Assembly (NCBI GenBank): GCA_963771355.1
Contig: CAVYTA010000006.1
Location: 1,088,001 to 1,152,000, forward strand
Direction: 5' to 3'
From: an uncultured Candidatus Rokubacteria bacterium
GTDB taxonomy: Bacteria > Methylomirabilota > Methylomirabilia > Rokubacteriales > CSP1-6
Length of the DNA: 64,000 nucleotides
Position numbers and translations under genes: made by a program. The notes under the pieces are model-generated. The model ran no database searches and was not told the DNA's origin. It saw nothing but the letters and a program-made list of their open reading frames with translations. Of the stretch, positions 1-10,891 are shown one piece after another; positions within the stretch are counted from its first letter, which is position 1, and each line of letters starts with the position of its first letter.

Positions 1-1159
1 GCTGGGCGTCCCGGCCTTCGGCGGCCCGCCCGATGGCGCCGAGCTTGGCCTCGAAGCGCGCCAGCGCCCGCTCCGCGTCGGTGTACTGCTTCTGCGCGTT
101 TCCCAGGTGCGCGCCCAGCTTGCCCATGTGCTCCTGCATGCGCCCGAGGTCGACGGTGAGGCGCGCCAGGTCGTCCTGGATGTCCCGGGCATTGGCCTCG
201 ATGCGCAGGCCCCGCAGCCCGAGCACGATCACTTGAAGGTAGGCGTAGAAGCTGTTGGGCGACACCGGAATCACCCGGCGGGCCAGCGCGTAGGACGAGA
301 TGGGCTCCTCGTCGCCCTCGTCGGGACTCACGATGATCTCGTAGTACACGTTCTCGGCGGGCACGTACATGAGCGCGAAGTCGAAGGTCCCCTCGTCGGC
401 CAGGATGTACTTCTTGGCGATCTCGTCCACGCGCTGCTTGACGTCCCGGCCGAACGCCTTGCGCAGCGGACGGCGCTTGTCGTCCTCGGGCTCCTCCAGC
501 ATGCGCCGGAAGTTCTCGAGGGGGAACTTGGCGTCCACCGGAACCATGCGGCCGCCCACCAGGACCACCGCGTCCACCCGTTCGCCGGAGCGGAAGCCGT
601 ACTGCAACGACCAGTGCTCGCGGGGCAGCATCTGGGCGAGCACCTGCTCGAGCAGCGTCTCGCCGAGGCCGCCGCGGATCTTGGGCGAGCGGAGCACCTG
701 CTCGAGCCCCTGGAGCTCGCGGCCCACGTCGGCCACGCGCTGGGTCGCCTCGCCCAGCTTGCCCAGGCTCCCCTGCACCTCGCCCACCACCTGCGCGGCG
801 CGGTCGAGGCGATCGCCCATGGTGGTCTGCGCGGACTGGAACAATCGCATCCCGTCGGAGAGCTGCCGCGTCACCTCGGCGCTGACCCCTTTGAGCTCGC
901 CGGCGAGCGCGAGGCGCAGCGCCCCCAGCTCCTCGCGAACGCGGCCACCCAGATCGCCGACCTCCTGGCGCAGGCCGTCCTGGCCCGCGCGGCCCTCCGT
1001 GCGCACGGCCTCGATCTGCCGCTGCAGCAGCTCGGCCACGGGATCGGGTCCCGGCCGGCGGGCAGCGTCGAGGTCCCGCCGCACCCCCGCCAGCACCCAC
1101 GCGAGAGCGACCAGCCCCCCCACCAGGACGACGACGAGCGCGACCTCGAGCGGCGTCAT
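1..1159 (-). CDS. rmuC: DNA recombination protein RmuC (runs off window start)
   Basis: Own minus-strand translation from ATG 1159: N-terminal TM, coiled coil, then PVDAKFPLENF, YILADEGTFDFALMYVPAENVYYEI and VIPVSPNSFYAYLQ, typical of RmuC. Absent from the ORF track because no stop falls in the window. Confidence 0.9.
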   Translation of the reverse strand, partial: MTPLEVALVVVLVGGLVALAWVLAGVRRDLDAARRPGPDPVAELLQRQIEAVRTEGRAGQDGLRQEVGDLGGRVREELGALRLALAGELKGVSAEVTRQLSDGMRLFQSAQTTMGDRLDRAAQVVGEVQGSLGKLGEATQRVADVGRELQGLEQVLRSPKIRGGLGETLLEQVLAQMLPREHWSLQYGFRSGERVDAVVLVGGRMVPVDAKFPLENFRRMLEEPEDDKRRPLRKAFGRDVKQRVDEIAKKYILADEGTFDFALMYVPAENVYYEIIVSPDEGDEEPISSYALARRVIPVSPNSFYAYLQVIVLGLRGLRIEANARDIQDDLARLTVDLGRMQEHMGKLGAHLGNAQKQYTDAERALARFEAKLGAIGRAAEGRDAQ

Positions 1160-2076
1160 GCCGGGCGGTCCAGGGGGCGCCAGCCGCGCCAGTGCACGCA
1201 GACCGGCCGGAGACCGCAGGGCGCGCAGACCACAGCGTCCCGCCGGCCCGGACAGTCACCCGACATGCGCTTGTGGCAGAGCGCGAAGTCGTACTTCACC
1301 GGGTCGGCGGGATCCAGCAGCCGGAGCCGACTCGTGATCTCCTCCGCCATGACCCAGTTGCGGGTCCGGCGGCGGGTGAGCCCCACCGCGCGCGCCATGT
1401 GCTCGATGTGCGTGTCCACGGGGATGACCAGGGCCGCCGGCGGGACCCGCGTCCACAGCCCGAAGTCGGGCGGCTCCCGGCGAATCATCCAGCGGAGGAA
1501 CAGCAACAGGCGCTTGCACGCCCCTCCGGTGGAGGGACGCGGGAACAAGTGCTGGTACCCATACGAAAAGCGGCCGCGAGGGAACAGCGCCGCGATCCTC
1601 GGCGAGCGGAACTCGCCCACGAAGCGCTCCAGCGCGGGCCCCACCGTGGCGTCCTCCGGGGAATAGCCGGCCGTGAAGAAGGCGCCCAGCGAGTCGTGGG
1701 CGCGCAGGATGCCGCCGGCGGCCGCGCAGAAGGCGACCAGATCGCGCGGACGGTTGAACCGATAGTGGAAGCCGGCGAAGGCATCGCCCTGCCGGGCGGC
1801 GTCGAACTCGAGGGTGAACCGGTGCGGGGACGGGCCCATCCGCTCGAGCGCCCACGCCACCCACGGACCGAAAAGGCTCACGCGGCCGTAGGCGAGGCAC
1901 GCGGCGAGAAGCGCGACCACTTCCCGGTCTCGCGGGTCGGCGTAACCGAGGGGATAGCGGATGGCGTCGGCGGGCGTGCGGACGGCCCAGTCGAACTCCC
2001 GGTACAGGCGCTCCAGCGGGGACTTGAGGCGGTCGGGCGTGCGGAGCGGGCGGCGGTGCGACGAAGCCATCGACAT
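1156..2076 (-). CDS. TIGR02757/DUF2400 family HhH-like protein
   Basis: SACKR-like GACKRLLLFLRWMIR, IPVDTH and DPVKYDFALCH motifs; C-terminal Cys cluster (C..CAPC..C). Start may be 2070. Confidence 0.85.
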   Translation of the reverse strand: MSMASSHRRPLRTPDRLKSPLERLYREFDWAVRTPADAIRYPLGYADPRDREVVALLAACLAYGRVSLFGPWVAWALERMGPSPHRFTLEFDAARQGDAFAGFHYRFNRPRDLVAFCAAAGGILRAHDSLGAFFTAGYSPEDATVGPALERFVGEFRSPRIAALFPRGRFSYGYQHLFPRPSTGGACKRLLLFLRWMIRREPPDFGLWTRVPPAALVIPVDTHIEHMARAVGLTRRRTRNWVMAEEITSRLRLLDPADPVKYDFALCHKRMSGDCPGRRDAVVCAPCGLRPVCVHWRGWRPLDRPA

Positions 2077-2154
2077 CGCGATTCTAGCATGGGCCCGCGC
2101 CGAAATTCCTTGACTCGGCCTTCGCCGCCGCTGTATTGCGGACTGGAGACGCGC

Positions 2155-3987
<1,833 letters not shown>

Positions 3988-4133
3988 TGCATTCGCGAGC
4001 GGAGCGAGCCCGGCGAGCCGCCGCCCGCAGTGGGAGCCGCAGCCGGAGGCGAGGCGACCCGCCGGTGATCGAGGCGAGCGGATACATGATGCATTCGCGA
4101 GCGGAGCGAGCGCCCGCCGGAGCCTGAACGCGC

Positions 4134-4163
4134 TTGCCGCGGGCGCGCGCCCGCTGCTATCAT
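4134..4163 (+). promoter_or_regulatory. Putative sigma70 promoter of the TTT operon
   Basis: TTGCCG-N18-TATCAT with extended TGn, about 50 nt upstream of the tctC ATG. Confidence 0.5.
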
Positions 4164-4211
4164 GTGGCGGCTTCCACGGCCCACACCGTTCGTTCAGCGG
4201 AGGCGACACCC

Positions 4212-5162
4212 ATGCGCAAGGTCACGATCCTCGTGTCTCTGGCCGCCATTGTTCTCACCGCGGCCTCCACCCTGCCCGCCGCCTATCCCGACCGCCCGGT
4301 GAAGCTCATCGTGCCGTGGGCGGCCGGCGGCGACACCGACAACATCTTCCGCCCCTTCGGCCAGCCCTTCCAGAAGGCGCTGGGCGCCACCGTCGTCATC
4401 GCCAACGTGGGCGGGGCGTCGGGGACGGTGGGCGCCCGCGAGGCGAAGGGCTCGCCACCGGACGGCTACACGCTCTACGCCGTGCATGACTATATCCACT
4501 CGACCTACTACACGGGGGTGTCGGACGTCGCGTACACGGACTTCGAGCCCGTGTGCCTGATCTCCTCCACGCCGTCCGTACTCACCGCCAGCCCCAAGAC
4601 CAAGTGGTCATCCTGGCAGGAGCTCCTCGGCGACGCCAAGGCGCGCCCCGGCCAGATCACGGTGGGGGCGACGCTCGGCTCCACCAGCCACTTCTTCCCC
4701 GCCCTCGTCGAGAAGGCCGCGGGCATCAAGTTCAAGTACGTCTCCTACGAGGGGCTGGCGCCGCGGATGAATGCCATCCTGGGCGGGCACATCGACCTCA
4801 CCGACAGCAACCTCACCCAGAAGGGCAAGGTGGACGCAGGGCAGCTCAAGTTCCTCGCCATCGCCACCGAGAAGCGGAGCCCCGATCTGCCCTCCGTGCC
4901 CACCCTCAAGGAGCTCGGCCTCAACGTGGTGTTCTCGGTGGAGCGCGGGATCATGGCGCCGAAGGGCACGCCGGGGGACGTGCTCGTCAAGCTCGAGGGC
5001 GCGTGCGCGCAGGCGGTCAAGGATCCCGCCTTCGCCGACTCGATGAAGAAGCAGGGGACGGATGTCCGCTTCCTCGACCGGAAGGGCTACACCGCCTACC
5101 TCGAGAAGCTCGACACGCTGAACAAGGACCTGGCACGCGACCTCGGGCTCCTCAAGCGGTAG
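4212..5162 (+). CDS. tctC: Tripartite tricarboxylate transporter substrate-binding protein (TctC/Bug)
   Basis: Signal peptide, YPDRPVKLIVPWAAGGDTD, NVGGASGTVG, PDGYTL; GGAGG RBS. Confidence 0.93.
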   Translation: MRKVTILVSLAAIVLTAASTLPAAYPDRPVKLIVPWAAGGDTDNIFRPFGQPFQKALGATVVIANVGGASGTVGAREAKGSPPDGYTLYAVHDYIHSTYYTGVSDVAYTDFEPVCLISSTPSVLTASPKTKWSSWQELLGDAKARPGQITVGATLGSTSHFFPALVEKAAGIKFKYVSYEGLAPRMNAILGGHIDLTDSNLTQKGKVDAGQLKFLAIATEKRSPDLPSVPTLKELGLNVVFSVERGIMAPKGTPGDVLVKLEGACAQAVKDPAFADSMKKQGTDVRFLDRKGYTAYLEKLDTLNKDLARDLGLLKR

Positions 5163-5169
5163 CGCCCGG

Positions 5170-5655
5170 ATGCTCGGGCGCGACGGCGTCGCGGGGCTCG
5201 CGTGCCTCGCGGGAAGCCTCTGGCTCCTCGCGCTGACGCGCGGCCTCCCGCAGCCGGCTCTCGTGCCCGTGGGGCCGGGCTTCTATCCCCGCATCGTTCT
5301 CACCGTGACCGCAGTCCTGAGCGCGGTGCTGGTCGCCGTCGATCTCCTCGCTCGCCGCCGCGCCCGGGGCGGCGCGGGCGCGCCGGCCGCACCCGCGGGG
5401 GCGCCCCGCAACGCGCGCCTGGTGGCGGTCACCTTCGCGGTCTTCGCGGGTTACGTGGTGCTCATGCCCCTCGTCGGCTTCCGCCCTTCCACGGCACTCT
5501 TCGTGCTGGCGCTCCAGGCCGCCCTCGAGCCCGAGCCCCGCCGCCACTGGCTCCGGATCGTGCTGGTGGCGGCGATCAGCGTCTGGCTCACCCATCTGGT
5601 CTTCGAAGGCTATCTCTCCGTGCTCCTGCCCCGTGGCCGCTGGACGGGGTTCTAG
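5170..5655 (+). CDS. tctB: TTT small permease TctB
   Basis: VGPGFYPR motif, hydrophobic, C-terminal LSVLLPRG; lies between tctC and tctA. Confidence 0.88.
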   Translation: MLGRDGVAGLACLAGSLWLLALTRGLPQPALVPVGPGFYPRIVLTVTAVLSAVLVAVDLLARRRARGGAGAPAAPAGAPRNARLVAVTFAVFAGYVVLMPLVGFRPSTALFVLALQAALEPEPRRHWLRIVLVAAISVWLTHLVFEGYLSVLLPRGRWTGF

Positions 5656-5657
5656 GG

Positions 5658-7187
5658 GTGTTCGAGCTGCTCGGGGCGAGCCTCCTGGACGTCGCCCAGC
5701 TCAAGTACCTCGTCCCGCTCTTTCTCGGCACCCTCGCCGGCGTTATCGGGGGCGCACTGCCCGGCGTCACCATCACCATGACCATCATCCTGGTGCTGCC
5801 GTTCACCTTCGGGCTCGACCCCCTCCAGGGGCTCGCCGCCATGACCGGCGTGTACGTCGGCGGGGAATGCGGCGGGCTCATCACCGCCTGCCTGATCGGG
5901 ATCCCGGGGACACCCTCGGCCATCGCGACCATGTTCGACGGCTTCCCCATGGCCCGGAAAGGCGAGCCGGGCCGCGCGATATGGCTCGGGGTGTGGGCGT
6001 CGGTCGCGGGCGGGCTACTCGGCGCGATCTTCCTCATCGCCGCCACCGGCCCCCTCGCCGCTTTCGCGCTCGAGTTCGGCCCCTGGGAGTACTTCTCCCT
6101 CTTCATCCTCGCCCTCAGCATGGTGGCGGGGCTGACGGAGGCCTCCCTGCTCAAGGGCCTCCTCGCCGGGGCCATCGGCATGGTCATCACCATCGTCGGG
6201 GCCGATCCCATCATGGCGGTGCCGCGCTTCACCCTGGGCACGGAGTTCCTGCGCGGAGGCTTTCCCTTCCTCCCCGTCCTCATCGGCATCTTCGCCTTCG
6301 CCCAGATCATCGCCGACGTCGAGAAGATGGGGCCGGCGGGCGGGGCCGTGCCCACGCCCGTGGCCGCCCCGAGCCTGGCCGTGTCCCACCTCGCCGTCAT
6401 CGGCGAGATCGTCTCGCGGCCGGTCCTGCTCCTCTGGTCCACTCTCATCGGCCTGCTCATCGGCGTCCTCCCCGCCATCGGCGGCAGCGCGGCGAATATC
6501 ATGGCCTACGACCAGGCCAAGAAGTTCTCCAAGCACCCCGAGCGCTTCGGCACCGGCATACCGGAAGGCATCATCGCCTCCGAGTCGTCCAACAACTCCA
6601 ACGTGGCGGGCTCGCTGGTGACCATCATGGCCTTCGGCATCCCCGGCGACGCGGTCACCGCGGTCATGCTCGGGGCCATGATCATCCACGGCATCCAGCC
6701 GGGCCCGCTCTTCATCTCCCAGGAGCCCCGGATCGCCTACGGGATCTTCGCCGCCTACCTCCTCGCCCATCCGCTCGCGGTGGTGATCATCGCGCTCGGA
6801 ACCCGGATGTTCCTTCGAATCGTGACCGTGCCCAAGTCCGCCCTCATCTCGGTGGTGCTCGTGCTCTGCACGGTGGGGGCCTACGCGCTCAACAACATCA
6901 TGGACAATGTGTGGGTGCTCTTGATCTTCGGGCTCTTCGGCTACGCGCTGGTGAAGTTCGGCTTTCCGCTGGCGCCGCTCATCCTGGGGGTGATCCTGGG
7001 CGACCAGATCGAGGTGAACCTGGTGCGCGCCATCATGACCGACGCGAACCCGTGGCTCTTTTTCACCCGCCCCATCTCGGGCGCTCTGATCGCGCTGTCC
7101 GTCGCCTCCGTGGTCCTGGCCGTCTGGCAGCACCACCGCACCCAGTCCCGCCTCGCCAAGGCCCCCGAAGTCGACGTAGACTTCTAG
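5658..7187 (+). CDS. tctA: TTT large permease TctA
   Basis: GTG start; GALPG, IPGTPSAIATMFDGFPMARKG, ESSNN and GIPGD motifs. Confidence 0.93.
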   Translation: MFELLGASLLDVAQLKYLVPLFLGTLAGVIGGALPGVTITMTIILVLPFTFGLDPLQGLAAMTGVYVGGECGGLITACLIGIPGTPSAIATMFDGFPMARKGEPGRAIWLGVWASVAGGLLGAIFLIAATGPLAAFALEFGPWEYFSLFILALSMVAGLTEASLLKGLLAGAIGMVITIVGADPIMAVPRFTLGTEFLRGGFPFLPVLIGIFAFAQIIADVEKMGPAGGAVPTPVAAPSLAVSHLAVIGEIVSRPVLLLWSTLIGLLIGVLPAIGGSAANIMAYDQAKKFSKHPERFGTGIPEGIIASESSNNSNVAGSLVTIMAFGIPGDAVTAVMLGAMIIHGIQPGPLFISQEPRIAYGIFAAYLLAHPLAVVIIALGTRMFLRIVTVPKSALISVVLVLCTVGAYALNNIMDNVWVLLIFGLFGYALVKFGFPLAPLILGVILGDQIEVNLVRAIMTDANPWLFFTRPISGALIALSVASVVLAVWQHHRTQSRLAKAPEVDVDF

Positions 7188-7207
7188 CAACCCGCGAGGA
7201 GGGTCCA

Positions 7208-7984
7208 ATGCTCAAGGTAGGCATCGTCGGCATGGGCGTCATCGGCCAGGCCATCGCGAAGGCGGCGAGCGGCGACATTCCGGGCGTGACGCTGGCGGGC
7301 GTCACCGTGCGCAACCCCGCCACCGCTGCCGGCTATCCCGCCTATCCGCTCGACGCGCTCCTCGGCCGCTGCGATCTGATCGTGGAGGCGGCCACGCAGG
7401 CAGCGCTGCGCGAGTTCGGCCCGGCCGTGCTCGCCGCCGGGAAGCACCTCATGGTGCTCTCGGTGGGCGCGCTGATCGGCGTGCTCGACGAGTGGGCGCG
7501 GCTGGCCGAGAAGCATGGCGGCCGCATCCTGGTGCCCTCGGGCGCCATCGCGGGGCTGGACGGCGTGAAGGGCGCGCGCGAGGGCGCCATCACCAGCGTC
7601 ACCATGGAGACGCGCAAGCCGCCGCGTGGGCTCGCGGGCGCGCCCTATGTCGAGGAGCGGGGCATCGATCTGGGCGCGATCCGGGAGGAGACGCTGATCT
7701 TCGAGGGCCCCGCCACCGAGGCAGTGAAGGCCTTCCCCGCCAACGTCAACGTGGTGGCCGCCCTCTCGCTCGCCGGGGTGGGACCGGAACGGACCCGGAT
7801 CAAGCTCTTCGCAGTTCCGGGCCAGCAGCGCAACCAGCACCGGATCACGGTGGAGGGCGAGTTCGGCCGGCTCGCCATCGAAGTGGAGAACATCCCCTCC
7901 GCGAACCCGCGGACGGGGAAGCTGTCGTACCTTTCCGCCATCGCGATGCTCCGAGAGCTCGGCGCTCCCGTCCGCGTCGGCTAG
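7208..7984 (+). CDS. nadX: L-aspartate dehydrogenase family (NadX-like)
   Basis: GxGxxG (GMGVIG), PSGAIAGLDG, FPANVNVVAALSLAG, NQHRI, NPRTGKLS. Confidence 0.88.
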   Translation: MLKVGIVGMGVIGQAIAKAASGDIPGVTLAGVTVRNPATAAGYPAYPLDALLGRCDLIVEAATQAALREFGPAVLAAGKHLMVLSVGALIGVLDEWARLAEKHGGRILVPSGAIAGLDGVKGAREGAITSVTMETRKPPRGLAGAPYVEERGIDLGAIREETLIFEGPATEAVKAFPANVNVVAALSLAGVGPERTRIKLFAVPGQQRNQHRITVEGEFGRLAIEVENIPSANPRTGKLSYLSAIAMLRELGAPVRVG

Positions 7985-7990
7985 CCGGTC

Positions 7991-8932
7991 TCAGTGCTCG
8001 GAGTGGTTCGCCTCGAGGTAACGCTCGGCCTCCAGCGCGGCCATGCAGCCCGTGCCCGCGGCGGTCACCGCCTGCCGGTACGTGAAGTCCTGAACGTCAC
8101 CCGCGGCGAAGACGCCCGCCACCGAGGTCCGCGTCGTGCCCGGCTCGACCTTGATGTAGTTGTTCTCGTGTAGCGCGACCTGGCCCTTGAAGACGGCGGT
8201 GTTGGGCTCGTGCCCGATGGCGACGAAGAGACCGTCCACCTGGGTCTCCCACCGGGCCCCGGTCTTGAGATTGCGCAGCCGCACGCCGGTCACCTTCCCC
8301 GCCGCCGGGTCCATGACGTCCTCGACCACGCTGTCCAGGGTGAAGGAGATCTTGGGGTTCTTCAGCGCCCGCTCCTGCATGATCTTCGAGGCGCGCAGGC
8401 TGTCCCGGCGGTGCACGACCTCGACCTTGCGCCCGAGGCGGGACAGATAGAGCGCCTCTTCCATGGCGGAGTCGCCGCCGCCCACCACCATGATGTTCTG
8501 ATCCTTGAAGAAGAAGCCGTCGCAGGTGGCGCAGGTCGAGACGCCCCGCCCCATGAGCTTGGCCTCGTTGGGCAGTCCGATGAGCTTGGCGGTGGCCCCG
8601 GTGGCGATGATGACGGTGTGCGCCTCCATGGTGATGGCGTCGGCGGTGACGCGGAAGGGGCGCTTGGAGAAGTCCACCTCGGTCACGTCCTCGGCCAGCA
8701 TCTCGGTGCCGAACCGCTCCGCCTGCTTCCGGAAGTTCTCCATCATCGGCGGCCCGTCGAGGCCCTCGACAAAGCCGGGGTAGTTCTCCACCAGCGTGGT
8801 GAACATGAGCTGCCCGCCCGGCTGGATGCCCGTGAACATCACCGGGGCCAGATTGGCCCGGGCGGCATAGATAGCGGCGGTGTAGCCGGCCGGCCCCGAG
8901 CCGATGATGATCACCTTCCGTGTCGTCGCCAT
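7991..8932 (-). CDS. trxB: Thioredoxin-disulfide reductase
   Basis: IIGSGPAGYTAAIY, CATCDG active site, GGGDSAMEEA, YRQAVTAAGTGC. Confidence 0.97.
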   Translation of the reverse strand: MATTRKVIIIGSGPAGYTAAIYAARANLAPVMFTGIQPGGQLMFTTLVENYPGFVEGLDGPPMMENFRKQAERFGTEMLAEDVTEVDFSKRPFRVTADAITMEAHTVIIATGATAKLIGLPNEAKLMGRGVSTCATCDGFFFKDQNIMVVGGGDSAMEEALYLSRLGRKVEVVHRRDSLRASKIMQERALKNPKISFTLDSVVEDVMDPAAGKVTGVRLRNLKTGARWETQVDGLFVAIGHEPNTAVFKGQVALHENNYIKVEPGTTRTSVAGVFAAGDVQDFTYRQAVTAAGTGCMAALEAERYLEANHSEH

Positions 8933-8985
8933 CGTCCGTCTCCCCGATTGGTCAGCGTTGCCCTTTGGATGCCGCGCGGCCGCCC

Positions 8986-9741
8986 CTAGGTGCAGAGCAG
9001 CCGGGGCAGCTCCCCAAGATCGCGTATTTCATGGTCGGGCGCCGGCGCGCCCGCGGGCAACGCCTCTCCGTCCCGGTTGATCCACACCGCCCGCATGCCC
9101 ACCCCCTGGGCCCCCGCCACGTCGATGTCGGCCCGGTCCCCCACGAAGAGCGCGGCGCCCGGCGCCAAGCCCATCGCCTGGAGCGCCTGCTCGAAAATCC
9201 GGGGAGCGGGCTTACGCCAGCCTACCGCGTCCGAGACGAGAATGGTCTCGAAGAGATGGGCCACCCCTTCCCGCTCCAGCACCATCCGCGCGGTGGGTGT
9301 GTAGTCGAAGTTCGACACCACCGCCAGGCGATGGGTGCGTCTGAGCTCCTCCAGCACGCTCCGGTGATGGGCCGGGAAGACGACCGCCTTGGACAGCTCG
9401 CGCATATGAGTGGCGAGGAGAAGGGGCAGCGCCTCGCGTTCCATGGCCGCCGTCTCGAACCCGAGCCGACCGAACAGCATGCCGAACCGCTCCTGGGCGG
9501 ACACCTCGCGATGCGTACCGCTCCGGATCTTCTCCGCCTCCTGCCAGCTCCAGAACAAGGCTCCCGCGAAATCACCCAGCGAGAGCGCGGGCGCGAACGG
9601 TCGGAAGGCCTCATGGAGATGCCCGGCCGTCGAGCGCACCACGCGGCCGTTGATCTCGATCTCCGGCAGGCGCTCGCGCTGGAAGAGGACGAGGGTGTCG
9701 AAGAGATCGAAGAGGACAGCGTCACAGGCGGTGGCGGTCAT
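8986..9741 (-). CDS. HAD-superfamily hydrolase (subfamily IA)
   Basis: Motif I FDLFDTL, VSN, RKPAPRIF, VGDRADIDVAGA; ATG 9741 overlaps the upstream stop. Confidence 0.88.
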   Translation of the reverse strand: MTATACDAVLFDLFDTLVLFQRERLPEIEINGRVVRSTAGHLHEAFRPFAPALSLGDFAGALFWSWQEAEKIRSGTHREVSAQERFGMLFGRLGFETAAMEREALPLLLATHMRELSKAVVFPAHHRSVLEELRRTHRLAVVSNFDYTPTARMVLEREGVAHLFETILVSDAVGWRKPAPRIFEQALQAMGLAPGAALFVGDRADIDVAGAQGVGMRAVWINRDGEALPAGAPAPDHEIRDLGELPRLLCT

Positions 9742-10154
9742 GGCAGCGGCTTGCGCTGGGCATAGCCCTCGTCGAACCCATGCCAAAAGCGGACGGCGGT
9801 CTCACCGAGCTTCCAGCACAGGTTGACGGGCTCGTCCCCGCCTGCGCCCGGGACCAGCCCCGGAAAGTCCACCAGCCCCTGTTCCAGGTCTTTCACCGAG
9901 CCCCCGAGGGCGGCGACCTCCTCCAGCGCCGCGCGCACCTCGATGGTGAGGCCGTCGAGGCGCTCGGCGCGGGCGCGCCAGTCACGCTGGTCCACCGACG
10001 CCCCGCCCGAGGTGCGGATGCGCTCCTTCGCGGCCCGGATCGCCTCTGCGAGCGCCTGGGCCTGGTCGTGGCGCTCCAGTGCGGCGCCCATCAGCTCTGC
10101 CAGCTTTGGGATGAGGGCATCCACCTCCGCGGTGGTGAAGAGCCGCGGGGTCAT
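9738..10154 (-). CDS. DUF2203 family protein
   Basis: RLFTTAEVDALIP...VKDLEQGLVDFP...LCWKLGE...FWH...GYAQRKPL pattern. Confidence 0.85.
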   Translation of the reverse strand: MTPRLFTTAEVDALIPKLAELMGAALERHDQAQALAEAIRAAKERIRTSGGASVDQRDWRARAERLDGLTIEVRAALEEVAALGGSVKDLEQGLVDFPGLVPGAGGDEPVNLCWKLGETAVRFWHGFDEGYAQRKPLP

Positions 10155-10891
10155 GCCGGCCCGCTCAGGGTGTCCACGAACACCGCGTGTACCTCCTTGG
10201 GCCCGTGCACGCCGCGCGTGAGCGTGAGCTCGATGTCCGCGGTGCGCGAGGGACCGGTGATGAAGTTGATCATGCCGCCCGGCACCCGCGCCCCGCCGTC
10301 AGCGTGCATCGCCTCGAGCAAGATGCCCACCTGCTCCAGCGATTCGACCAGATGGCCGGGCCCGAACACTGCCACGTGGGTGTCCGGCAGCAGCGAGGTG
10401 GAGCGGGGGCGGCCCGGGCCCGAGGCGAGAATCAGGGTGCCCGTCTCCGCGAGCGCCCAGTCCACCCCGGTGACCCCGAGCGGCGCACGGGCCGCCTCCT
10501 CCCGGTGCCGCCGGCGCTCCGCGTCGCCGTCGCCCGCCGGCGCGGGCAGGACGGTCAGGCCATGTCGCGCCAGCGCGGCGGAGAGATCCCACCCCAAAGC
10601 GCCCGCCTCCCAGCCCACCACCTCGCGCGCATGCTTCTCGGCGGCGATCCGCGCCAGGAGGGCCGGCAGCTCGGCCAGCGACGGCACCCGGTGGAACACG
10701 CCCGCGACGCGCTCGAACTCCGCGCGGAAACGCTCCAGCGCCTGCGGCCAGCGCTCGGCGAGCTGCCGCCGGACGAGCTCGGCGGCCTCCCGCGGATTCC
10801 CGGGCCGCGGCGCGGGCATGGCAGGAAAGAGGCCGCGCGTCTTCGCCATCTCGGTGCGGACGCGGCCCAGGAACTCCGCGCGCGTGGTCAT
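10151..10891 (-). CDS. lutC: Lactate utilization protein C (LUD domain)
   Basis: ALAETGTL, SLLPDTH, FITGPSRTADIELTLTRGVHGP. Confidence 0.92.
   Translation of the reverse strand: MTTRAEFLGRVRTEMAKTRGLFPAMPAPRPGNPREAAELVRRQLAERWPQALERFRAEFERVAGVFHRVPSLAELPALLARIAAEKHAREVVGWEAGALGWDLSAALARHGLTVLPAPAGDGDAERRRHREEAARAPLGVTGVDWALAETGTLILASGPGRPRSTSLLPDTHVAVFGPGHLVESLEQVGILLEAMHADGGARVPGGMINFITGPSRTADIELTLTRGVHGPKEVHAVFVDTLSGPA

Noticed and set aside
4139..4154. Perfect 16-bp palindrome in the tctC promoter spacer
   Set aside because: It is entirely G/C and low-complexity, plausible by chance, and no cognate regulator is nearby.
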